Shown piece after piece: positions 10,486 through 23,099 of a stretch of DNA of 64,000 nucleotides; positions within the stretch are counted from its first letter, which is position 1; the number at the start of each line of letters is the position of its first letter. Origin of the DNA: Selaginella moellendorffii (Eukaryota; Plantae; Lycopodiophyta); assembly GCF_000143415.4 (NCBI RefSeq), contig NW_003314417.1, positions 19,483 to 83,482 of the forward strand, read 5' to 3'. Made by a program: the position numbers and the translations under genes. The notes beneath the pieces are model-generated. The model saw nothing but the letters and a program-made list of their open reading frames with translations. It ran no database searches and had not been told where the DNA came from.

Positions 10486-13400
10486 TTAATTGAACTTTGC
10501 ATAAGTACATAGAGTTCTGCCTTGCAGAAATTCCTTCACTAGATCTCGCGCGTTCGCTAGGTTCTCCTCCGGTTCCCATGTTGCTTTGCAGTGTGGAAAT
10601 CCTTTCCACTTCACATGGAACTCTCTCACCTCGCGTCCTTGTCGCTTGCTCTTGCGCGCATTGAGGATGGCCTCGACTTCGTATTCCTCTTCCCCTTGGA
10701 TAACCTCAGGTAAAGGTCTTACTTGGTCTTTGCGAAGCGGATCCTCAAAGTACGGCTTGAGTAAGTTCACATGGAACACTGGGTGCATCTTCCCCATCTC
10801 TCGAGGAAGTCGGAGTCGGTAAGCCACTTTACCGATTCGTGCCTCAATCTCGTAAGGCCCCGCGAACCTGCTTAAGGAACTCAAGATCAATTCATTTACA
10901 GGAATACATGCATTTTTACCTTTGGGTCAACTTTCGGCTGATCCCACTTGGTAGCCTAAGGTTCTTGGTGTTCAGCCACACCTTCTCCCCAGCTTGGAAC
11001 TCTACGTCCCGGCGCTTTAGGTTCGCGTACTTGGTTTGCCTTTGTTGAGCCCGTTCCAAGGAATCCCTCACTAGATTCCAAATGTTGAGTCTTTCCGCCG
11101 TGAATGCCTCCACTGCGGGTAACTCTCCATGATACTCGGCCACGCCGAGTTCCACAGGACCTTCAATAGCTCGCCCATTGATGACTTCCCATGGACTCAC
11201 CCCGATACTCGAATGTGGTGAGTTGTTATAACACATTTCCGCAAGTCCCAAATGACTTACCCAATCGGTCTGGTCTCCCGAGACATAGCATCGCAAATAA
11301 TCCTCCAGCTGCCTATTCACCCTTTCCGTTTGTCCGTCTGTCAAGAAGTGTTAGGACCACCAAACTTGACTTAATACCCCATACCTGTCTGTGGGTGATA
11401 GGCTGTGCTGAATTTCAACTTGGTGCGATACTGTTCCAGGAGGGTCCTCCAGAACCTACTAGTGAAGATCTTATCTCGATCTGAGATAATCTCCTCTGGC
11501 CTTCCCCGCACTCGAACCACTTGTTCGAAGAACAGTTTCGCCACACCTTCCGCATCCACCTCCGTTGTGGTGGGTATGAAATGTGCCATCTTCGAAAATC
11601 GGTCCACCACCACGAATATCGCATCGAACCCCTCGCTTGGGGGTAGTCCCGTGATGAAGTCCATCGTGAGACATTTCCACGGACGATCTGGAATTGGGAT
11701 GCTTTGCAACAAGCCCCCACTAGCCTTAGTCACGGCTTTGACCTGCTGACATGTTGGACATGTCTTTACATAGTCTTGGACGTCCTTAGCCATATCTGGC
11801 CAATGGTACTTCCTCTTGAGTAAGCCCATCGTCTTGGGCACTCCGCCGTGTCCCGCAAGAGGTCCGTCATGACACTCTTCTAAGGCTACCTTCCTTAATC
11901 CACCTTCTGGAACATACACCCTCGTTTGCTTGTAATAAATGAGTCCATTGCGTTCCGCATAGCCCGTTTTCTCTTCCGTTGGCGGCTCACCTCTCTGGTG
12001 AGCTTCCCGTGCCTCCAGATTCCTCAACAACACTTCTTGTGCTAGACCATCGTTCTCATATGCTGTCCGCACATCGTCCCAGAAGGTTGCTGTTGCGCTG
12101 GAGATCGCCAACCTCAAGCTCGCTTTTCGACTTAGCGCATCTGCCACGATGTTGCTCTTCCCAGGCTTGTACAGAATCTCGCAATCAAACTCGGCCAAGG
12201 CATTGGCCCACCGACCTTGTTTCCCTCTCAGGTCGGGTTGTGACAAGAAGTGTTTCGTTGCCACATTGTCCGTGTAAACCTTGAAGTGTCTCCCAAGGTA
12301 GTGTCGCCACTCCTTGAGCGCCTTGACCACCGCAAACAATTCCTTCTCGTGGGCAGGCCACTTCCGTTGAGCCTTGTCCAGCTTCTTCGAGAAGAACGCT
12401 ACTGGATGGTTGTCTTGCTTCAAAACTGCGCCTAACGCAAAGTCCGAAGCATCCGTGTCTACCTCAAAGTCCTTACCAAAGTCCGGTAATGCCAACACCG
12501 GAGCCTTCCTCAACTTCCCTTTGAGGTGGATGAATGCCGCCTCGCATTCCGCTGTCCATACCATCTTCCCTTTTCCCATTTGATCCGTTAAGGGCAGGGC
12601 TACTCTCGAATAGTGTCTGATAAACTTTCGATAGTAGTTGCATAGCCCCAAGAACGCCCTCAACTCATGTACATTCGATGGTCGCTCCCATTCCTGGATC
12701 GCTTGGACCTTCTCCGGGTCCACCTTGAGCCCGTCCTGGCCCACCACATGCCCGAGAAACTTTACCTCTTGCTGAGCAAAGTCACATTTGCTCTCTTTAG
12801 CATACAGTTTATGTTCCCTTAGTTTCTCAAACACCTTCGCCAAGTGTTCGGCATGCTCCTCTAGCGTCTCGCTATAGATCAGGATGTCGTCAATATAGAC
12901 GACCACAAAGTGATCCAGATAGGGTACAAAGACGTGGTTCATCAACGCCGAAAACGTTGCCGGCGCATTGCACAGCCCAAAGGGCATCACCAAAAACTCA
13001 AAGCTCCCATACCTCGTTCGACAGGTTGTCTTCTCGACATCTTCCTCGGCTACCCTGATCTGGTAGTATCCTGACCTTAGGTCAATCCTCGAGAAGTATT
13101 TTGCCTTTCCCAACCTATCGAACAGGTCCTCAATCCTTGGCAACGGGTACTTGTTCTTCTTGGTATACTTGTTGAGCAACCGGTAATCTATGCACATGCG
13201 CATAGATCCATCTTTCTTTTTCACAAATAATACCGGCGCCCCATATGGCGACTTGCTCAACCTAACATACTCTTTGCCCACCAACTCCTCTAGTTGGCAC
13301 TTGAGCTCCTTGAGTTCTTTTTCGTTCAAACGATAGGGGGGACGAACCACCGCCTCAGCGCCCTCGACAAGCTCAATCTTATGTTCTATCGGTCGTGCGG

Positions 13401-15258
13401 GGGGCAACCCCGCCGGTAGCTCCTCCGGCATGGTATCCTGGAATTGGTCCAACACTCGCTGGATCACTAAAGGCACTTCTTTCGTTCTTGTCTTTTTGTC
13501 ACTCTTCACCGAGAGTAAGCACAAAAAGGCTGCCTTAGTTCCTTTAGTGAGTTGTCCTCTCGTGGACACCAGGTTCAAGCATGACTCTTTGGCCTTGCTT
13601 TGCCCTACCTTTAGATCCTGGGCCTCCACCCTAGATCTTCTTCCTTGGGCATTCGCCAATACCACAAGGTTCCTACCTTGTCCATGCAGCGCTACCACGA
13701 ACCGATTAAACCAATCCATTCCGAAGATCACGTCAAATCCCGCCATATCCAAGACGGTGAAATCCATGTCCACTTTCCATGTCCCCACTTCGACTCTCGC
13801 TTGTCGAAGTACCTCATCGGTGCTTTGGCTACCCTGAACAAACTCTATAGTCCTTGGTTCGCCTAGCCGCTGCACCGTTAGTCCGGCTTGCCGGACTATG
13901 TCTGCAGCCACAAAATTATCCGAAGCACCCGTGTCAATAAGGATCTTAACAAAGCTACCTCCGAGCTTCCCTCGGAGGGCTAGTAGATGTCGCGAACGAC
14001 TCTCTACCAAAGTTGCTCGTGTAATGAGTAACTTTGAGTTAGGGACTGGATCACATACCTCAGTTTGGACTTCACCCGACTTGATGGCCATATTGGCTCT
14101 GGCCTTCTTCGGGTAGGGACATTCCCTCGAGAAGTGTCCCGCTTCGCCGCAGTTGTAGCATACGTTGTTTCCCACGCTGCTATACGACTTGACCTTCTTA
14201 TCCGTGGGTTTGTCCTTTTTCGCTTGACTCCCCCACGTACTCGCTCGCTGGCCACCGGATTTGCCTTTCCGGAACCCCGAGGACTCATTCTTAGAGAAAC
14301 TCCTTTTGAATTTCCCCTTGCTATACGTTCCCTTTGGTTTAGCCCCTTTGCTAAATGTGGATCCCGACCCCGTTGTGTTCCCCTTTCGCAGGTTATCGTT
14401 GAAATGCACCTTGATGGCCGCATCCAACGCTTCCTTGTAGTTGGTCGGGTTCCACCTCATCACCTCGCCGCGAGCCCAGGTTTGCAAACCTGATATGAAG
14501 GCATGGAACGCATCCATATCCCCCATGTCCGTGACAAGTATCCTCTTTGCCATGAACCCATTCACATATTCCTGGATGGTTCCTGTCTGTTTCAGCCTAC
14601 TCAGTTCATCCCTCAGATGCAGAGTGGCATTCGGAGGAACATATGTTGCGCGGATCCTCGCCTTCATCATGTCCCAAGTGACCACCGGTCCTTCGTTGGC
14701 CTCCATTGTTCTCCACCAAGACTTGGCATTATCTGCCAAGTATGGTTTTACACATGGGACCTTCTCCGAGCTTGGTAACCGCAACGCTCGGAAGTAGTCC
14801 TCCATATCGTAAAACCAATCCTCCACCACCTTATAGTCATTCACTCCCTTGAAGACCGGTGGGGGCTTTGGTTTGTACTTGGGAACTGCCTGAGGGACTG
14901 ATTCCACTTCGGTCTGTTCGACCTTGTCTGGTTTTGCCTCAGTCCCGGCCGAAAGATCCGCACCTTCTGCGCTGCCAGCATCCGCAGTCTTTTTCTTTTT
15001 CTTCCGCCTCTCGTCACGCTTTAGCTTGCGTACGAGAGTTTCCAGCAGGGCATTGGTCTGTGCCAACTGTCCTTCTAGCACGTCCAATCGAGCCTTGGAC
15101 GACCGAACCTCGCCACCGGACTCCTGTTTGGAGGTTTCCTCACTGGAGTCCTCCTCATGCAAAGATTCCTCATCCATAGTCTCTTGTTCGACCGGAGGCT
15201 CCAGCTCTGGCGGAGGTTCCGTCTCCGCCTGGGTTCGCTTACGCCCTGCCCTTGCCAT
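10486..15258 (-). CDS. gag-pol: Gag-Pol polyprotein (Gag, CCHC knuckle, aspartic protease, RT, RNase H, integrase, chromodomain); spliced model exons 15258-11385, 11337-10920, 10867-10486 = 1557 aa
   Basis: 1295-aa ORF with [32 protein letters not shown] and MDF..ISDRD. Removing introns 11338-11384 and 10868-10919 restores DGQTER, GPY and the chromodomain ([22 protein letters not shown]). Exon sum is 4674 nt. Confidence 0.9.
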
Positions 15259-15301
15259 CTCCCAGCAATCCGCCTCTATCCTTCGCTAGAACTGAGGAAA
15301 A

Positions 15302-15314
15302 GGCTCCGATACCA
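15302..15314 (-). promoter_or_regulatory. Primer-binding site (tRNA-iMet type) of chromovirus B
   Basis: Minus strand reads TGGTATCGGAGCC, 3 nt inside the 5' LTR; canonical is TGGTATCAGAGC. Confidence 0.9.
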
Positions 15315-15317
15315 AAT

Positions 15318-16495
15318 TGTAAGCCACAAATTTTTCCTTTCCAATTTGCCAGCTTACCTCGTCTATCGGTCCAACACTGCCTTGGCTTTTGCTAAGTTCC
15401 CTTGCCAAGGTTCTCGCCTATGGTACCAGCTCCTACTTGGTTTCAGCTACTCACTGCACGAGCAACGGAGTGTTAGCCATCCTTCCACGGATTCCCAAAT
15501 CACTCCCAATCCCCCTCCCCGGGTTAGACTGGACTTAAGGTTCGGCTACACTCCCCGCAAGCACAAGCAGCCAAGCACACCAAGCTTCCACGTTCCTAAC
15601 ATCCCTTGGTACCACAAGACTTGATCATGGGACCCTCTAAATCCCAAGTCTTGAGTGCAACACTTGCTTCGGGACGCCGGGGCGAAACACCGTGGCCTAA
15701 CGGCCCGGTATGGGTACCTCTCGCCCCCCACTTCCATCCCGAAGGAAGGCCCAAGCCCCTAGGAAGGGCGAGGACCAATGAGCCGCATGGTACTCAAGTG
15801 GGGCACCACTCCACATGAGCCGGGAGCACCGCAATCGGTTTCCCTTTCGGGAGTGGGAGCTGCTCTTGAGCACTTCCTTGGATGGCCCCTCCGGCACCAG
15901 CCAAGTCCATGCTCACTCCCACCCAAGGCCCCTTAGTCCCAGTCCCAACCTCAAGTCGATTTGGAAGCCCAACTGGAGAGTCCCTTCAAAACTGGTTCCT
16001 GGACCTCACTATCCCTACTATACTTTTGGAACCCCCTGCAGCCCCCCCCCCTGGGGGACGCACGCTTTGGGCTTTCACCCCTTGACCCGTATTAGTATTT
16101 GGACTTAGTCTCTGGCTCGATCTCGGATCCGATTTCGGATCCGACTTCGGATTCGGTCTCGGACTCGATCGCGGACTCGATCTCGGACCCGATCTCGGGC
16201 CCGACCTCGGGCCCGACCTCGGACTCGACTTCGGACTCGGTCTCGGACCCGATTTCGGATCTCGGACCCGATTTCGGATCTCGGACTCCGTCTCGAACTC
16301 GGTCTCGAACTCGGACTCGAACTCGGTCCCCGAGTCGGTCTTGGACTCGATTCCGGACTCTATCTCGAACTCGGTCCTAGAGTCGGTCTTGGACTCGATC
16401 TTTGACTTGGTCCCATCCGATGAACTCTTTGTCATTTTGGTCATGCTTTCGGGGTTCCCTTAGCCTACGACACCTCGGCGAGTTGGTTCCTTACA
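15318..16495 (-). repeat. 5' LTR of chromovirus B (1178 bp)
   Basis: Direct repeat of 8934-10081 with 12- and 19-bp repeat-unit expansions. Confidence 0.95.
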
Positions 16496-17954
16496 CGTTC
16501 CTCACGTCCAGGTGAGGGCAGTGAAGGAGAAGCATGACCATAGCGACGGGAGTGAGGCACAGGAAAAAGAGGATGAGGAGCAAGACGAACAAGAAGAGGC
16601 GCAGGAAAATCAAGTAGAAGATGTGGGCAACCAGGAAGAGGCGCAGGAAAAACGACTGGAAGTTCAGGACGAACAAGGAGAATTCCAGAAGGAAACTCAA
16701 AAAGAACAGGGACTTGTGGAGCATGAGAACACGCAGGAGGAACCACCCGATATCGAAGAAAACCCAGAGGATCACACGCAGGAAATTCCACCGCCAGAGA
16801 TACACACTCAAGACGAAAGCACACAAATCGACAAAGCTGATCCGAAGCAGCCCCCGGAAGTTCAAGTTTGCAGTCTTGAGTCAGCAACACAGGACTGTAA
16901 CCTTGAGCCCGAAACGGTTGTGATAACCGCCACGGCCAAGGACAATGACAAGGGTTTCGACAAAGCAAGTCACGGGCTCTCACCAATCGACGAGGCTGAC
17001 GAGATGGACACCCGTGGACAGCAGGATGGAGCAGAGCGACACCTCCACAACCGCCCTCCACGCCGCTACACACCGGAGAAACGAGGCCGCGAGGAGCAGG
17101 ATCGCAGCAGTCATGGCAACAAGCTTCCCCACAACTTCCTGCAGCAGTATCACGACTCAAAGCTTGCCGTGTACACTCGCGAAGGCATCGAAAGTTTCTA
17201 CGAGAAGACGTTCATCAAGCCGACGGAGCAGCGCCTTTCCAAGCTTGAGGATGGATTTAAGCAGCTGAACGCCGCCATCAAGAGCATCCGCAGTCATGGA
17301 ATCCCGACTCCGAAATCTTGTAAGGAATCTTTTGATCTTGCACAGCAGTACGAGCAGGAAAATGCAAGGCTCAACAAGGAGCTGCTCGCAGCAAAAGAAA
17401 GAATTCGCGCACTCGAGGAAGCAGCTCAGACTTATGACGAGGAGGAAGAGGAGGAGGAACCGCATGAGGGAACTACCCACAATGCAGCGATGGAGCAGTG
17501 ACTGCGGGACGCAGCACAAGGCAGTCGTGGGAGTGTGGAAAAGGGAGAAAAAGACAAGCTCGAGGATTCAAGCTTAGGAAAGTAAACTTGAGAGGTTCAA
17601 GGTTAGGACTGTATTCCTAACCTTGACGTGAGCAGTAGCGACTATAAAAGTAGGACTTAGAATGTTTTTAGACTTATCCCTAATACAAAATACATTGCAC
17701 TACATCGTCTTACTGCTTATCTCTTCGGCTCTTCACAGCAATGTCTTACTTACCCACCGCCTTCAAGGGATCAAAGGCGTGGGACTAGCACCTTCAAGTA
17801 CATGTTCACAGTCTCTACTTGGCTTGGTACAAGCAGGTAAGTGCACTCTTCTCGTAGTGTAGTTTTAGTTTTAGGGACTAGATTAGATTTGAATCTCCTA
17901 GGAAGATCTCGTGTGGACGTTTCCTCCCAGTCCAGAGATTTCTAGGAGTTTTCA

Positions 17955-20311
17955 CGCCATTTCCATTGCAGGAATTCTCGAGTCTTCTCTCGAAAACACT
18001 GGGGGTCAATGACACACTCAGCATCCATAACATTCTACTCGCGACAAAAGTTGTTTTTGACAAATGGGTAGATGTGCTGAGGAGGTACCATGACAGGGAG
18101 TTGCTAAACTCAATGGGTGTGGAGGACGGCCGGAAGCCCAATGATTTGAAGCTTAACGCCTTGTGTTTCTCGCGGTCTCTAGACGACGACGACCTTCTGA
18201 CAGTGGCTAATGCTTTTCTACGTGGTGAGGTAGTCTTCAACAAGACCAAAATGACTCCTGGCCATATTGTGACATACGAGGACTTGTGCACGACTCTGAG
18301 AGCTCGTGCACTATTGAAGGATTGGATCTTCGAGCAAGTGGCCGTGGAGAGGGTGAGCATCGACACCACGCAAGAGATGATGGAAGAGCTGGAGTTGTCA
18401 AATGAAGACATCGATGAGTACGTGAAGGGGGCCCCCAAGTTCATCGATCTGCTGCGGGATGCCACGAAAAGTAAAGCTGAGAAGTTGGATCAGTATCCAA
18501 ATTTCATTAAAAGGGATGTCGACCGCTGGCTTCAGAAACAGCTCGACCTTGCAGCAGAGGCCTATCGAGAACCTTACCGGGTATACGTGAATTTGGATGA
18601 GGATCAAAGGTGGAGGAGCATCATTTCCCGCGGAGATGAGCAGGTCAAGAACATCTTTTGTGTGATGGACTTCACAAACGAGGAGATCACTCATGCAGAC
18701 GAAGTCAGCTCCATCATTGACTTAATGGTGGGACTTGTGGAGGTGGAATCTTCAGTCCACTATATGATTTACGACTCCGAATCGTATCACAAGTTCTGGA
18801 AGGCCTTGAACGAGGTGAAGGCTCGGTTGAAAGGCAAGGAGATGCGGGAGATCCATGGGATAATGGCTAAGAAGAAGATACCGACGAATGTCCGCATCTT
18901 CACACTCGCCCTTGTTATTGGTCCTGCAGCAGAGTGGGACTGGAGTGACTTCCCAGCTTCGTTCGACAAGGCCGATCGAATTGATCTGAGGGAGGTCAAT
19001 TTACCCGTGCCTGAGGAACTGAAGACGGCTATGGAGCTTTCGAATCCAAAGAAAGCTCCAGGTGCAGCATGGGAAATGCTTAGCTGGGTCTTCAACGCAA
19101 TAGCGGGTGGGTCACTTGCTTCCGACTCCAAGGGCAAATGCGTTGTCGAGTACAACTGCGGCGGACTATTATTTCGAGCCGCACTACTCAAGGGTGTCCC
19201 GTGTGTTGCGGTGACAAACTCCATTGAAGAGGTGACTTCAATGGAGCATATAATTACAGTTGCCAAAGAAAAACAGTATCTTCTCTGCGAACCTGGTGAG
19301 TACGCACTTTAAGTTTAAATGTTATCTCACAAGCTCTATATGCAGGAGCGTGGCTACCCCCAGATGCTAAAACGGCGTTAACAGCTACTGTTGAAGATAC
19401 CCATGTTGGGCCGAGCTCACAACCTGCACAAGGTAAGGTCACGTGAGGCCTCACACCATTTTGATTATAGATCGTTGTGAATATTCAGTCACGAGGACTA
19501 AAAAGCGCACTGGTGGCGCGTCGAAGAAGGACCGTATGTTCTGGGGGACCTTGCAAAACGGCTTGGAGCGATGGTGATAGAGAACCGGCCAGTCCAGGAG
19601 GTGGCTGTAGAAATCAACCAAATGGCAGATGGAACGGTATATCAGAAGCCATTTGATCGGACAGACACCAGTCATCATTTATGGCATGTATATTGTCTAG
19701 CCAAGCACTATCTGCATCTCCATAATCTGCTCAACCGGATGGGTTCTTCGACCACTGAACATGAGCGTGGACGTATTAGAAAAGAGATGGCATTACTATT
19801 GGGTTTAAATCCTGATAGTGTGGAGAGTGATGAAATTCCAAGATTATTGTATAGGCGTTGGAGGCAAAAAATAACAGTCTGAGATGGCATGTATTTATTT
19901 AAAAATGTAACTTATTATGGCATGGGGTTCCATGCCATTGTATTAATATTAAAAGACAATTCTTTGAGAGGATTTGCATTTACAGCATGTTATTGGAAGT
20001 CTACGAAGTTGTTTTATTAATAAGGGGAAAGTAAAGATTGAATGGGGACTTGGGCTCCACCTAGACTCAGAGCAACTGAGCCAATATTAAAAGGATGGAA
20101 AGAAATTGGACGACGATGACAAGGAGAAGAGAGAGGTGAAGCAGTGGCAGGGGGAGGAGAAGTGATTGAGTAGACATTTCCTTGTTTAAAATAAAATGGC
20201 ATGTGCCTCAATGCAGTTGAATTTTGTTATATTTATATACTATATAAAGGTTTGGAAACCTTATTTTACAAGTGGGATAATGACAATTCCCACTTTAACG
20301 AAATAGAGCTT
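17955..20311 (-). mobile_element. Sola-like DNA transposon copy 2 (inverted left arm, ~2.25-kb internal deletion)
   Basis: Reverse complement of 48082-~48850 plus ~51098-52656. TIR TCCCACTTTAACGAAATAGAGC-TT at 20288-20311. Inserted in the pol of element D. Confidence 0.9.
17972..19882 (+). pseudogene. Fragment of the ParB-like/MTase-like/FCP1-like cargo gene in transposon copy 2
   Basis: ORF 17966-19312 is ~95% identical to 51305-52639 and lacks that copy's premature stop. ORF 19571-19882 is the C-terminus of 48500-49384. Confidence 0.85.
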
Positions 20312-23099
20312 AAGATGACTTACTTGGTCGGATAACACCTTTGTCAAGAAGCTCTGTGAGTTTCTTCTTGAGTTCAGCCATCTCCTTGATGTTCAAATGA
20401 TATGGAGCCTTGGTAGGTGGTTTAGAACTCGGAATAACCTCAATTTGATGATCAACCTCACGGCTAGGAGGTAACCCTGGCAACAAATCCTTCAAGAAGA
20501 TATCCTGATTCTGCACCAATAACTCCAATATCTTCTTTGGTATAGGATCAACCTCATCACTAATTTGAATTGAGTCACTTACACCCTCAGCTTCCATCAC
20601 TTGAACCCAAAAGGTGCAACATCCCTTCTTAACTGCTTTTTGAGCGGCTCTTGCAGTCAAGAACTTAGCATCCCAATCCTTTGAGTGCTTTTGCAGCTGG
20701 AAGGATACATTGGGACGTCCTTCTAACTTCAATATGATACGACTTTGTCCAGCACCATCAATCCCTTTAATATATTTGTTGAAGAAATCCATACCAAACA
20801 CCATCTGAAAATCTGATATCTTCAATAATACTAAGTCCACTCTTTCTTTCCACTTGGATATGTTTATTGGAACATCACTCACAAATTTTCTAGCTACTTG
20901 CCCACCTTTTGCAAACTGGAAGTGTATGGGTGACATTTGCTCAGCATTCAATTTTAACAACTTAACTAAGTCTTTGGATATCACGTTGTGTGTAGCTCCT
21001 ATATCAATCATCACTCGGATTCGATGTCCGCAGACAAACCCTACCAGATACATCAACAGATTAGTGTTTGCATTGACTATGAAAAAAGCTTGAGGAAAGC
21101 AATGAAAGTAACTCACCTCCTTTTCCTCATAGTCTACATAACCAACCTGTCAACGCCTTCAGCTTCACCACCACCGTCTTCCCTCATAACATTAACACAA
21201 GACCTTGTCTCATGCTTGTTGGGACATTCCGAGGACCTATGTCCTAACTCTCCACAATGGAAGCAATGACCCACACTACCCATTTTGCTAAGAGTAGGTT
21301 TTGCAAGTTGCTTATGCTTATACCCACTAGGAGGAGGAACAAAGGGTCTAGGACTAGAAGAAGCTGCTGGTGGTCTCCAACCACCACCACCTTTGTTAAC
21401 CGTTGCTTCTGAGCCTCTAGGGCGAAACCTTCCTTCCACCCTCTATTTCCGATCACCTTGTTTTTATTCCCAGAATTTTTATTTTTATCCAAGGTACAGC
21501 CATATGGTTGCTAGTATTGTTCCATGAGTGAGTGACTAAAGACAACTTGCTACGCTGCCTCCTTACACTCCAAGTATGTCTTTGGTTTAAACTTCAAAAT
21601 CTCATTGCAAGAAAGTGAACTTAAACCTTCTAAAAAATAACTTCGAGCATCTTTGTCACTCATATTTGCAATCATAATGCACTTTTAAGCAAATGCATTT
21701 ATGTAATGCATGAGATCCCCTCGTTGCTTTAATTGCCACAACTCTACGTGAAGTCTCAGACCAAGATCATCCGGCAAGTATTCCTTATGGATATGAAACC
21801 GCATCTTGGTCCAACTTCTAGTTTGCCCTTTTTCAGCACACACTTAACACCACCAAGTTTTGGCATGATCATTGAGAAAGGATTGCATACATGCAACTTT
21901 TATATGATCATCTACATTTGCCACTATGAAATAGTTTTCCATATCGTAGACCCAATCTTCCAAAACCTGATAGTCCCGCATGCCTCTGAAATTGGATGGT
22001 TGTAGAGGTTTGAACTTTGAAACTTGTGCAACCGGGGGCAGTTGCAAAACTTCATTATCCTCTGAACTTGAAGAGGAGTTCTATTGCTTAGGTTTAGCTA
22101 GTTTAGCTGCCTCAACTTCTTTCTTTCTCTTTTTGTTCTCCTTCAATTTGTGAATTTCCCTTCACAAATTCTTGATCTCGACTTCCTAAGCCATATGCTG
22201 CAATGTTGTAGCATCTGGCTCTTCCACTTCTAACTCAGCCTCAGCCTCTTCTGTAGCATCTCTAGCAGGAGTTTCCTCCTCTTGATTCACCCGTCTAGAG
22301 GTTTCAGTGTCAACACGGTTCCTTTTCACCATCCCACTAGCTGCATGCATGCCTCTATCAGTAATTGAACATGCATACAACGTTCTTACCAGATGGTGCA
22401 ATCAAACTAATCCTACATAGGTCTCTTCAGATCTACTAGAAAAGTCTCTATATATACAACTTAAGTAAAAAAATCCAACAAAAGTTGAATAGGAATCACT
22501 GAGACAATACCTCTGATACCAAATGTAGTGCACATGGATTTGGAGCCGAACTCTAAACTTATTGCACTATAAAACGAGGGTCCGGTACAATCCCATATAT
22601 CCAGCACCAGCTCCCCTTGTATCTAGCATTGCATGCAAAATAATGTTAAACAGTGTCTGGCACAAGTTTGGCATACCGGTGGCCTAGTTTAGGCCAATCT
22701 CTACATTCTGTAGATATGCCAAATGAGCAAATCCAGACACTTTCTATAAATAGCATTTGGGACCGAAATGAGACTAATACAAAGGGCGTGATAGTGAAGG
22801 TGTTTGGTAGACATAGTAAGCTATCATTTAGCAAATATTAAAGGACCAATCTCAATATTGCAGGGGTTCTTGATACTAGCAAGTGCAAGCTAATAACACA
22901 GCAAGAAACACATATGGTTCCTACCTTATGTTTATTTAATTTAAGTGCAACGTTATTGACCAGTTTCTCAACTAACTCAAGTGGGAATGATAAAGGGAAC
23001 CAACTATACCGACCTCCTACTATCATGGCAGTAAGGAAAGAGTGTCTGTAAGGACTAGCCAACAAGTATCTTTCGATACCTAAACTCACATTTGCGACA
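20312..23099 (-). mobile_element. Decayed gypsy element D: 5' LTR (22524-23099), PBS, gag, protease and start of RT
   Basis: PBS complement CTCTGATACCA at 22511-22521. Fragments CFHCGELGHRSSEC, MIDIGATHN and KGVIRPSKS. Multiple stops. Confidence 0.85.

Larger units (their letters stand above)
8934..16495 (-). mobile_element. Complete, young Ty3/gypsy chromovirus copy B
   Basis: Two nearly identical LTRs (8934-10081, 15318-16495). TSD CGTTC at 8929-8933 and 16496-16500. PBS, PPT and an intact gag-pol. Confidence 0.97.
7940..17501 (+). pseudogene. Integrase tail plus long C-terminal extension/extra ORF of element C (7940-8933 joined to 16501-17501, ~660 aa), disrupted by insertion of element B
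   Basis: ORFs 7979-8938 and 16512-17501 are in frame once B and one TSD copy are removed (…LVIVPHVQVRAVKEK…). Acidic region and coiled coil. Confidence 0.7.
7939..17954 (+). mobile_element. Gypsy element C (non-chromovirus, Athila/Tat-like) 3' part, interrupted by chromovirus B; probable 3' LTR ends ...TTTTCA at 17954
   Basis: 7940 onward reads PGTAKLATLDDEELQVVNLNKLKIY, an integrase C-terminal signature. The ORF is continuous across the CGTTC TSD. A TATA-like TATAAAA lies near 17643, and the CA end abuts DNA-transposon sequence. The left LTR boundary is not resolved. Confidence 0.6.

Noticed and set aside
3697-13175. Assembly fold-back artefact or a giant TIR element
   Set aside because: The arms have SNP differences and distinct LTR flanks, B has its own TSD, and the spacer belongs to element C.
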